Source: the human T2T-CHM13v2.0 reference genome, Homo sapiens. From it: a stretch of 64,000 bases of DNA. The first letter of the stretch is position 1, and each line of letters begins with the position of its first letter. A program made the translations under genes and the position numbers. The notes beneath the pieces are model-generated. The model saw only the letters and a list, made by a program, of their open reading frames with translations, was not told the DNA's origin and searched no databases. The stretch is from NCBI RefSeq assembly GCF_009914755.1, contig NC_060940.1. One strand, 5' to 3'. Of this stretch, positions 46,376 to 58,000 are shown piece after piece.

Positions 46376-49300
46376 AGGCTGGGTGACAGAGTGAGATATT
46401 CTCGAAACAAAAAAAAAATGGAATGGAATGCAGTGGAATGGAATGGAATGGAATGGAGTGGACTCGAGTGAAGGGATTGGAGTGAAGTGGAGTGGAGTGG
46501 AATGGAGATGAATGGAATGTGATGGAATGGAATGAAGTGGAGTGGAGTGGGGTGGACTGGAGTGTAGTGGAAAGGAGCGGAAAGGAATGGGACGGAGTGG
46601 AATGGAGTGGAATGGAGGTCAGTGGAGTGCAGAGGAGGGGAATGGAGTGGAATGGAATTGGATGTAATGGAATGTAGTGGAGTGCAGTGGAGTGGAACAG
46701 AGTGGAATGGAATGGAATTGCATGGAACGGAATGGAATGGAATGCAATGGAATGCAATGGAATGCAATGGAATAGAATGCAATGCAAAGGAAATTTGACA
46801 TGTAATGTGAGCTGAGATTGGGCCACTGCACTCCAGCCTGGGTGACACAGTGATATCCTGTTGAAAGAAAGGAAAGAAATGCAATGGAGTGAAATGGAAT
46901 GGAATGGAATGGAATGGGATATAGTGGAATGGAGAGGAATAGGGTGGAGTGGAGTGGAGTGGAGTGGAATGGAGTTTAGTGGAGTGGAGTGGAATGGAAT
47001 GGGGTGGAGTGGAGTGGAGTGGAATGGAGTAGAGTGGACTGTAGTGGAGTGGAGTGGAAAGGAATGGAATGGAATGGAATTAAATGGAGAAAAGAAATGT
47101 GTGCTGAGATTCTGCCACTGCGCTATAGCCTGTGTGACAGAGGGAGATCCTGTCGAAAGAAAGGAGTGGAATGGAAGGGATTGGAATGGAATGGATTGGA
47201 GTGGAGTGGAGTGGAATTGAGTGGAGTGGAGTGGAGTGGAATGGAATGGAATGGTGAAATGAAATGTGAGCTGAGATTGTGCCACTGAACACCAGCCTGG
47301 GTGACAGAGTGAGTTCCTGTCAAAAGAAAGGAATGGAATGGAATGGAGTGTAATGGAAAGGGATGGAGTGGAGTGGAGCGGAAAGGAGTGGAATGGAATG
47401 GGATGGAATGGAAAGGAGTGGAGTAGACTGGAATGGAGTGGAGTGGAGTGGAATGGATTGGAGTGGAGTGGAGTGGATTGGAATGGAATGGAATGGAATG
47501 GAATGGAATGGAATGGAATGGTGAAATGAAATGTGAGCTGAGGTTGTGCCACTGTGCTACAAGCTGGGTGACAGAGTGAGATATTCTCGAAAGAAAGAAA
47601 TGGAATGGAATGCAGTGGAATGGAATGGAATGGACTGGAATGGACTGGAGTGAAGTGGAGTGGGGTGAAGTGGAGTGGAGTGGAATGGAGAGGGATGGAA
47701 TGGGATGGAATGAAGTGGAGTGGAGTGGGGTGGAGTGGAGTTCAGTGGAGTGGAGAGGAGTGGAATGGAGTGGAATGGAATAGGATGTAATGGAATATAC
47801 TGGAGTGGAGTGGAGTGGAGTGGAAAGGAGTGGAATTGAATGTAAAGGAATGGAATGGAATGGAATGGAATGCAATGGAACGCAATGGAATAGAATGTAA
47901 TGCAATGGAAAGTTGACATGTAATGTGAGCTGAGAATGTGCCACTGCACTCCAGCCTCAGTGACACAGTGATATCCTGTTGAAAGAAAGGAATGGAATGC
48001 AATGGAGTGAAATGGAATGGAATGGAATGGAGTGGAGTGGAGTGGAGTAGAATGGAGTAGAATGGAATGGGATGGAGTGGAATGGAATGGAGTGGAGTGG
48101 AGTGGAGTGAAACAGACTGGAATGGAAGGGGATGGAATGGAATGTAGTGGAATGGTGAAAAGAAATGTGAGCTGAGATTGTGCCACTGCACTCCAGCCTT
48201 TGTGACAGAGTGTGATCCTGTGGAAAAAAAGAAATGGAATGGAATGGAGTGGAATGGAATGGAATGGAGTGAAGTGGAGTGGAGTGGACTGGAGTGGAGT
48301 GGAGTGGAATGGAGGGGAGTGGAATGGAGTGGAGTGGAATGGAGTGGAATGGAATGCAGTGGAGTGGAGTGGAGTGGAATGGAATGGAGCATAGTGGAAT
48401 GGAGTGGAATGGAATGCAGTGGAGTGGAGTGGAATGGAATGGAGTGGAATGGAATGGAATGGAGAGGAATGGAGTAGAGTGGAGTGGAATGAAGTGGAGT
48501 GGATTGGAGTGGAGTGGAATGGAATGGAGTGGAATGGAGTGGAGTGGAATAGACTGGAGTGGAGCGGAATGGAATGGAATGGAATGGAATGGAATGGAAT
48601 GGAATGGAATGGAATGGAATGCAATGGAATGGAATGGAATGGAATGGAATGGAATTGAGAAAAGAAATGTGTGCTGAGGTTGTGCCACTGCACTACAACC
48701 TGTGTGACAGAGGGAGATCCTGTCAAAGAAAGGAGTGGAATGGAAGGGATTGGAATGAAATGGAATGGAATGGATTGGAGTTGAGTGGAGTGGGATTGAG
48801 TGGAGTGGAGTGGAGTGCAGTGGAATGGAATGGAATGGTGAAAGGAAATGTGAGCTGAGATTGTGCCACTGCACACGAGCCTGGATGACAGAGTGAGATC
48901 CTGTCCAAAGAAAGGAATGGAATGGAATGGAATGGAGTGGAGTCGAGAGGAATGGAGTGGAATGGAATGGGATGGAATGGAAAGGAGTGGAGTGGAGAGG
49001 AATGGAGTGGAGCAGAGTGGAGTGGAATGAAGTGGAATGGAATGGGATGGAATGGAAAGGAGTGGAGTGGACTGGAATGGAGTGGAGTGGAGTGGAATGG
49101 AATGGAATGGAATGGTGAAATGAAATGTGAGCTGAGATTGTGCCACTGTGCTCCAGGCTGGGTGACAGAGTGAGATACTCTCAAAAGAAAGGAATGGAAT
49201 GGAATGCAGTGGAATGGAATGGAATGGAATGGAATGAAATGGAGTGGACTGGAGTGGAGTGGAGTGGAATGGAGAGGAATGGACTGGGATGGAATGGAAT

Positions 49301-52300
49301 GGAATGAAGTGGAGTGGAGTGGGGTGGACTGGAGTGCAGTGGAAAGGAGCGGAAAGGAATGGGACAGAGTGAAATGGAGTGGAGTGGAGGTCAGTGGAGT
49401 GCAGAGGAGGGGAATGGTGTGGAATGGAATCGGATGTAATGGAATGTAGTGGAGTGGAGTGGAGCAGAGAGGAATGGAATGGAATTGAATTAAATGGAAT
49501 GGAACGGAATAGAATGGAATGCAATGGAATGCAATAGAATAGAATGCAATGCAAACGAAAGTTGACATGTAATATGAGATGAGATTGTGCGACTGCACTC
49601 CAGCCTGGGAGACATAGTGATATCCTGTCGAAAGAAAGGAATGGAATGCAATGGAGTGAAATGGAATGGAATGGAATGGGACATAGTGGAATAGAGTGGA
49701 ATGGAATGGAGTGGAGTGGAGTGGAATGGAATGGAATGGAGAAAAGAAATGTGTGCTGAGATTGTGCCACTGTGCTACAACCTGTGTGAAAGAGGGAAAT
49801 CCTGTCGAAAGAAAGGAGTGGAATTGAAGGGATTCGAATGGAATGAAATGGAATGGATTGGAGTGGAGTGGAGTGGGATTGAGTGGAGTGGAGTGGAGTG
49901 CAGTGGAATGGAATGGAATGGTGAAAGGAAATGTGAGCTGAGATTGTGCCACTGCACACCAGCCTGGGAGACAGAGTGAGATCCTGTGAAAAAAAAGGGA
50001 TGGAATGGAATGAATTTAGAAGGGAATGTAATGGAGTGGAGTGGAATGGAGTGGAGTGGAGTGGAAAGGAGTGGAATGGAGTGGGATGGAATGGAAAAGA
50101 GTGGAATGGATTGGAGGGGAGTGGAGTGGAATGAATTGGAGTGGAGTGGAGTGGAGAGGAGTGGAATGAAATGGAATGGAATGGAATGGTGAAATGAAAT
50201 GTGAGCTGAGATTGTGCCACTGCACTCCAGGCTGGGTGACAGAGTCATATAATCTCGAAAGAAAGGAATGGAATGGAATGCAGTGGAATGGAATGGAATG
50301 GAGTGGACTGGAGTGGAGTGAAGTGGGGTGGAGTGGAATGGACAGGAATGGAATGGGAAGGAATGAAGCGGAGTGGCATGGGGTGGAGTGGAGTGCAGTG
50401 GAATGGAGCGGAATGCAATGGGATGGAGTGGAACGGAGTGGAGTGGAATGCAGTGGAGTGGAGAGGAGTGGAATGGAGTGGAATGGAATCGGATGTAATG
50501 GAATATAGTGGAGTGGAGTTGAGTGGAGTGGAATGGAGTGGAATAGAATGGAATTGAATGGAGTGGAATGGAATGGAATGGAAAGGAATGCAATGGAATG
50601 CAATGGAATAGAATGCAATGCAATGGAAAGTTGACATGTAATGTGAGCTGAGATTGTGCCACTGAACTTCAGCGTGGGTGACACAGTGATATCCTGTCGA
50701 AAGAAAGGAATGGAATGCAATGGGGTGAAATGGAATGGAATGGAGTGGAGTGGAGTGGAGTGGAGTGGAGTGGAGTGAAGTGGAATGGAGTCAAATGGAA
50801 TGGGATGGAGTGGAATGGAATGGAGTGGAGTGGAGTCTAGTGGAGTGAAATAGAGTGGAATGGAATGGGATGGAATGGAATGCAATGAAATGGTGAAAAG
50901 AAATGTGAGCAGAGATTGTGCCTCTGTACTCCAGCCTTTGTGACAGAGTGAGATCCTGTGGAAAGAAAGGAATGGAATGGAATGGAGTGGAATGTAATGG
51001 AATGGAGTGGAATGTAATGGAATGGAGTGGAATGGAATCGAGTGGAGTGGAGTGGAGAGGGGTGGAGTGGAATTGAGTGGAGTGGAATAGAGTGGAGTGG
51101 AGTGGAATGGAGTGGAATGGAATGGAGTGGAGTGGAATGGAGTGGAATGGAATGGAGTGGAATGGAATGGAGTGGAGTGGAATGGAGTGGAGTGAAATGG
51201 AGTGGAGTGGCGTGGAATGGAATGGAGTGGAGTGGAATGGAATGGAGTGGAATGGTGTAGAATGGAGTGGAGTGGAATGGAAAGGGGTGGAGTGGAGGGG
51301 AGTGGAGTGGAACGGAGTGGAGTTGAGTGGAGTGGAGTGGACTGGAATGGAATGGAGTTGAGTGGAATGGAATGGATTGGAATGGAGTGGAGTGGAGTGG
51401 AGTGGAGTGGAGTGGAGTGGAGTGGAGTGGAATGGAATGAAATGGAATGGAATGGAATGGAAGTGAAGGAATGGAATCGAATGGCATCAAATGGAATTGA
51501 ATGGAATGCGGGGAAGTGGAGTGGAGTGGAATCGAGTGGAATGGAATGGGGTGGAATGGAATTGAATGGAGTGGATTGGAGTGGAGTGGAATGTAGTGGA
51601 GTGGAATGGAATGGGAAGGAAGGGAATTGAACGGAGTGGAGGGGAGTGGAGTGGAGTGGAATGGAATGCAATAGAATGGAATTGTGAAATGAAATGTGAG
51701 CTGAGATTGTGAACTGCACTCCAGCCAGGGTAACAGAGTTAGATCCTGTTGAAAGAAAGGAAGAGAATTGAATGGATTTAGAATGGAGGGTAATGGAATG
51801 GACTTAGATTGGAATGTAATAGAAAGGATTGGAGTGGAGTGGAGTGGAATGGACTGGAATGGAATGGAGTGGAGTGGAATGGAATGGAATGGAGTGCAAT
51901 GGAGTGGAGTGGAATGGAATGGAATGTACTGCAGTGGAGTGGAATGTAGTGGAGTGGAGTGGAATGGAATGGAGTCGAATGGATGGAATGGAGTGGAATG
52001 GAGTGGAGTGGAGTAGAGTGGAATGGAGTGGAGTGGAATGGAGTGGAGTGGAATGGAGTGGAGTGGAGTGGAATGGAGTGGAATGGAATGGAGTGGAATG
52101 GAATGGAATAGAATGGAATGGAATGGAATGGAATCCAATGGAATGGAATGGAATCAAATGGAATGGAATAGAATGGCATCGAAGGGAATTGAATGGAATG
52201 CGGTGAAGTGGAGTGGAGTGGAATGGAGTGGAATGGAATGGAGTGGAGTAGAGTGGAATGGAGTGGAGTGGAATGGAGTGGAGTGGAATGGAATGGAATG

Positions 52301-55074
52301 CAATGGAATGGAATCCAATGGAATGGAATGGAATCAAATGGAATGGAATAGAATGGCATCGAAGGGAATTGAATGGAATGCGGTGAAGTGGAGTGGAGTG
52401 GAATGGAGTGGAATGGAATGGAATGCAATGGAATGGAATCCAATGGAATGGAATGGAATCAAATGGAATGGAATAGAATGGCATCGAAGGGAATCGAATG
52501 GAATGCGGTGAAGTGGAGTGGAGTGGAATGGAGTGGAATGGAATGGGGTGGAATGGAATTGAAAGGAGTGGAGTGGAGTGTAATGGAGTGGAGTGGAGTG
52601 TAATGGAGTGGAGTGGAGTGGAATGGAATGAGAAGGAATGGAATTGAACAGAGTGGAGTGGAGTATAGTGGAATGGAATGCAATGGAATGGAATGGTGAA
52701 AGGAAATGTGAGCTGAGATTGTGCACTGCACTGCAACCTGGTTTACAGAGTGAGATCCTGTCAAAAGAAAGGAAAGGAATGGGATGGATTTAGAATGGAG
52801 TGTAATAGAATGGAATGGAGTGGAGTGGAGTGGAATGGAATGGAATGGAATGGTGAAATGAAATGTGAGCTGAGATTGTGCACTGCATTCCAGCCTGGGT
52901 CAGAGAGTGAGATCCTGTAGAAAGAAAGGAATGGAAAGAAATGGAATGGAATGGAACACAGTGGAATGGAGTGGAGTGTAATGGAGTGGAGTGGAGTGAA
53001 GTGGAATGCAAAGGAATGAAGTGGAGTGGAGTGGAATGGAGTGGAGTGGAGTGGAATGGAGTGGAGTGCAATGGAATGGAATGGAACGGAATCAAAGGGA
53101 ATGGAATCAAATGGAATCGAATGGAATCGAATGAAATGGAATGGAACAAAAGGGAATGGAATGCGGTGAATTGGAGTGGAATGGAGTGGAATGGAATGGG
53201 GTGGAATGAAATTGAATGGAGTGGAGTGGAGTGGAATGGAGTGGAGTGGAATGGAATGGGAAGGAATGGAATTGAACGGATTGGAGTGCAGTGGAGTGGA
53301 GTGGAATGGAATGGAATGGAATGGAATGGTGAAATGAAATGTGAGCTGAAATTGTGCACTACACTCCAGCCTGGGTGACAGAGTGAGATGCTGTCGAAAG
53401 AAAGGAATGGAATGGAATGGAATCAAATGGAATGGAATCAAATGGAATCGAATGGAGTGGAATGGAATGAAGTGGAGTGGAGTGGAGTGGAATGGAATGC
53501 AATGGAATGGAACGGTGAAATGAACTGAGAGCTGAGATTATGCACTGCACTCCAGCCTCAGTGAGAGAGTGAGATCCTGTCAAAAGAAAGGAATGGAATG
53601 GAATGGATTTAGAATGGAGTGTTATGTAATGGAATAGAATGGACTGGAAAGGAGTGGAGTGATATGGAATGGAGTTGAGTGGAGTAGAGTGGACTGGAGT
53701 GGAGTGGAGTGGAATGGAATGGAATGGAATGGAATGGAATGGAATGGAATGGAATGAAATGGAGTGGAGTGGAGTAGAATGGAGTGAAGTGGAGGGCAGT
53801 GGAGGGGAGTGGAGTGGAATGGAATGCAATGGAATGGAATGGAATGGAATGGAATGCAATGGAATGGAATGGAATGGAATGGAATCACATGGAATTGAAA
53901 GAAATAGAAGGGAGTTGAACAGAATCGAATGGAATCGAATCAAATGGAATCGAATGGCATCAAATGGAATCGAATGGAATGTGGTGAAGTGGATTGGAGT
54001 GGAGTGGAATGGAATGGGGTGGAATGGAACTGAATGGAGTAGAATGGCATGGAGAGAAATGGAGTGTAATGGAGTGGAATGGGAAGGAATGGAATCAAAC
54101 TGAGTGGATTGGAGTGAAGTGGGGTGGAATGGAATGCAATGGAATGGAATGGTGAAATGAAATGTGAGCTGAGATTGTGTACTGCACTCCAGCCTGGGTG
54201 ACAGTGAGATCCTGTTGAAAGAAAACAATGGAATGGAATGGATTTAGAATGGAATGTAATGGAATGGAGTGGAGTGGAGTGGTGTGGAGTGGAGTGGAGT
54301 GGAATGGAGTGGTATGGATTGTTATGGAATGGAATGGAATGGAGGTGAGTGGAGTGGAGTGGGGTGGAGTGGAGTGGAATGGAATGGAATGGGATGGAAT
54401 GGAATGGAGTGGAGTGGAGTGGAAAGGTGTAGAATGGAATGGAATGGAATGGAGTGGAGTGGAGTTGGGTGAAGTGGAGTGGAATGGAATGGAGTGGAGT
54501 GGAATGGAATGGAGTGGAGTGGAATGAAATGTAGTGGAGTGGAATGGAATGGAGTGGAATGGAGTGGAATGGAGTGGGTGGGAGTGGTATGGAGTGGAAT
54601 GGAATGGAGTGGAGTGGAGTGGAATGGAGTGGGTGGGAGTGGTATGGAGTGGAATGAAATGGAATGGAGTGGAGTGGACAAGAATGGAGTGGAGCGGAGT
54701 GCAGGGAGTGTAGTGGAATGGAGTGTAGTGGAATGGAGTGGAGAGGAATGGAGTGGAGTGGAGTGGAATGGAGTGGAGAGGAATGGAGTGAAGTGGAAAG
54801 GAGAGGAGTGGAATGGAGTGGAATGGAATGGAGTGGAATGGCATGGAGTGTAGTGGAATGGAGTGGAATGGAGTGGAGTGGAGTGGAATGGAATGGAGTG
54901 GAGTGGAATGGAATGGATTGGAATGTAGTGTAGTGGAGTGGAGTGGAGTGGATTGAAGTGGAGTGGAGTGGAGTGGAATGGAGTGGAGTGGAGTGGAATG
55001 GAGTGGAGTGGAGTGGAATGGAATGGAATGAAATGGAGAAAAGAAATGTGTGCTGAGATTGTTCCACGACGCAC
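46376..55074 (+). repeat. Satellite III-type (GGAAT/GGAGT)n array with regularly interspersed Alu 3'-end fragments
   Basis: Mixed GGAAT/GGAGT pentamers; ~23 copies of GTGAGCTGAGATTGTGCCACTGCACTCCAGCCTGGGTGACAGAGTGAGATCCTGTC followed by GAAAGAAA, all co-oriented. Confidence 0.95.
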
Positions 55075-58000
55075 AATGGAATCGAATGGAACCATCGAAT
55101 GGAATCAAAAAGAATCATCATTGAATGGAATCGAATGGAATCATCATCGAATGGAATGCAATGGAATGGAATGGAATGGAATGGAATGGAATGGAATGGA
55201 ACGGGAGCTGAGATTGTGCCACTGCACTCCGGGCTGGGTGACAGAGTGAGATACTTTTGAAAGAAAGGAATATAATGGAATGCAGTGGAATGGAATGGAG
55301 TGGACTGGAATGGAGTGTAGTGGAGTGAAGTGGCATGGAGTGGAATGGAGAGGAATGGAATGGGATGGAATGGAATGGAATGAAGTGGAGTGGAGTGGGG
55401 TGGGGTGGATTGCAGTGGAAAGGAGTGGAATGGAATGGGATGGAATGGAAAGGAATGGAGTGGAGTGCAATGGAGTGGAGAGGAGTGAAAAGGAGTGGAA
55501 TGGAATCGGATGTAATGGAATGTAGTGGAGTGGAGTGGAACGCAGTGAAATGGAATGGAATTGAATGGAATGGAATGGAATGGAATGGAATGGAATGGAA
55601 TAGAATAGAATGAAATGCAATGAAAATTTTACATGTAATGTGAGCTGAGATTGTGCCACTACACTCCAGCCTGGGTGACACAGTGATATCCTGTCGAAAG
55701 AAAGGAATGGTATGCAATGGAGTGAAATGGAATGGAATGGAGTGGAGTGGAGTGGAGTGGAATGGAATGAAATGGAATGGAATCGAATCGAATAGCATAG
55801 AATGGAATCAAATGGATTGGAATCGAATGGAATCAAATCAAATGGAATCGAATGGAATCGAATGGCATGGAATGGAATGGAATGGAATGGGAGCTGAGAT
55901 TATGCCACTGTGCTCCAGGCTGGGTGACAGAGTGAGATACTCTTGAAATAAAGGAATGGAATGGAATGCATTGGAATGGAATGCATTGGAATGGAATGGA
56001 ATGGAATGGAGTGGACTGGAGTGAAGTGGAGTGGAGTGAAGTGGAGTGGAGTGGAGAGGAGTGGAATGTAGTGGAATGGAACTGGATTAAATGGAATGGA
56101 ATGGAATGGACTCGAATGGAATGGACTCGAATGGAATGGAAGGGACTTGAATGGAATCATCATCGAACGGACTCGAATAGAATCATCATCGAATGGACTC
56201 GAATGGAATCATCATCGAATGGACTCGAATGGAATCATCACCGAATGGACTCAAATGGAATCATCTTCAAATGGAACCGAATGGAATCATCATCAAATGG
56301 AATTGAATGGAATCATCAAATGGAGTTGAATGGAATCATCATCGAATGGAATAGAATGGAATCATCATCGAACGGAGTTGAATGGAGTCATCATTGAACG
56401 GAATCGAATGGAATCATCATTGAATGGAATCAAAAGGAATCATCATCGAATGGAATGGAATGGAGTCATCTAATGGAATCGAATGGAATCATCATCAAAT
56501 GGAATCGAATGGAATCATTGAATGGAATCGAAGGGAGTCATCAAATGAAATTGAATGGAATCATAGAATGGAATTGAATCGAATGGAATCGCATGGAATC
56601 AAATGGAATGGAATTGAATGGGAGCTGAGACTGTGTCACTGAGTTCCAGGCTGGGTGACAGAGTGAGATACACTCGAAAGAAAGGAATGAAATTGAATTC
56701 AGTTGAATGGAATGAAATGGAATGGAGTGGACTGGAGTGGAGTGGAGTGGAGTGAAGTGTAGTGGAGTGCAATAGAGAGGAATGGAATGGGATGGAATGA
56801 AATGAAATGAAGTGGAGTGGAGTGGGGTGGAGTGCAGTGCAGTGGAATGGAGTGGAATTTAATGAGATGGAATGGAAAGGAGTGTAGTGGACTGCAGTGG
56901 AGTGGAGAGGAGTGGAATGGAGTGGCATGGAATCGGATGTAATGGGATGTAGTGGAGTGGAGTGGAGTGGAAAGGAACACAGTGGAATGGAATGGAATGG
57001 AATGGAATGGAAAGGAATGGAATTGAATGCAATGCAATGCAATGCAATGGAATAGAATGCAATGCAATGGAAAGTTGACATGTAATGTGAGCTGAGATTG
57101 TGCCACTGCACTCCAGCCTGGGTGACACAGTGATATCCTGTCGAAAGAAAGGAATGGAATGCAATGGAGTGAAATGGAATGGAATGGAATGGAGTGGAGT
57201 GGAGTGGAGTGGAGTGGAATGGAATGGAATGGAATGGAATGGAATGGAATGGAATGGAATGGAATGGAATTGAAATGAATCGAATCAAATCGAACAGAAT
57301 GGAATCAAATCAAATGGAATTGCATGGAATGGAAAGGAATGGAATGGGAGCTGAGATTGTGCCACTGCACTCCAGCCTGGGTGACAGAGTGAGAAACTCT
57401 CGAAAGAAAGTAATGGAATGGAATGGAGTGGAATGGAATGGAACGGAATGGAGTGAACCTGAGTGGAGTGGAGTGGAGTGGAGTGGAGTGGAATGGAGTG
57501 GAATGGAATCGGATGTTATGGAAAGTAGTGGAATGGAATGGAATAGAATGGACTGGAATGGACTGGAATGGAATGGAATCGAATGGAATGGACTCGAATG
57601 GATTGGAATGGACTCGAATGGAATGAAATGGACACGAATGGAATCATCCTCGAATAGACTCAAATGGAAGCATCATCAAATGGACTCGAATGGAATCATC
57701 ATCAAATGTACACCAAAGAAATCATCATCGAATGAACTCGAATGGAAGTGTCATCAAATGGACTCAAATGGAATCATCATCGAATGGATTCGAATGGAAT
57801 AATCATCGAATGGACTCGAATTGAATTGTGATCACATGGACTCAAATGGAATCATCATTGAATGGACTCGAATAGAATCGTGCTAGAATGGAGTCGAAAG
57901 GAATCGTCATCGAATAGAATTGAATGGAATCATCGTTGAATGGACTCGAATGGATTCATCATTGAATGGACTCCAATGGAATCGTCATCAAATGGAATCA

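Noticed and set aside
46800-55000. CRISPR-like pattern of a conserved ~55-bp repeat separated by variable spacers
   Set aside because: The repeat is Alu-derived, the spacers are satellite pentamers of 100-1000 bp, there are no cas genes and the DNA is primate
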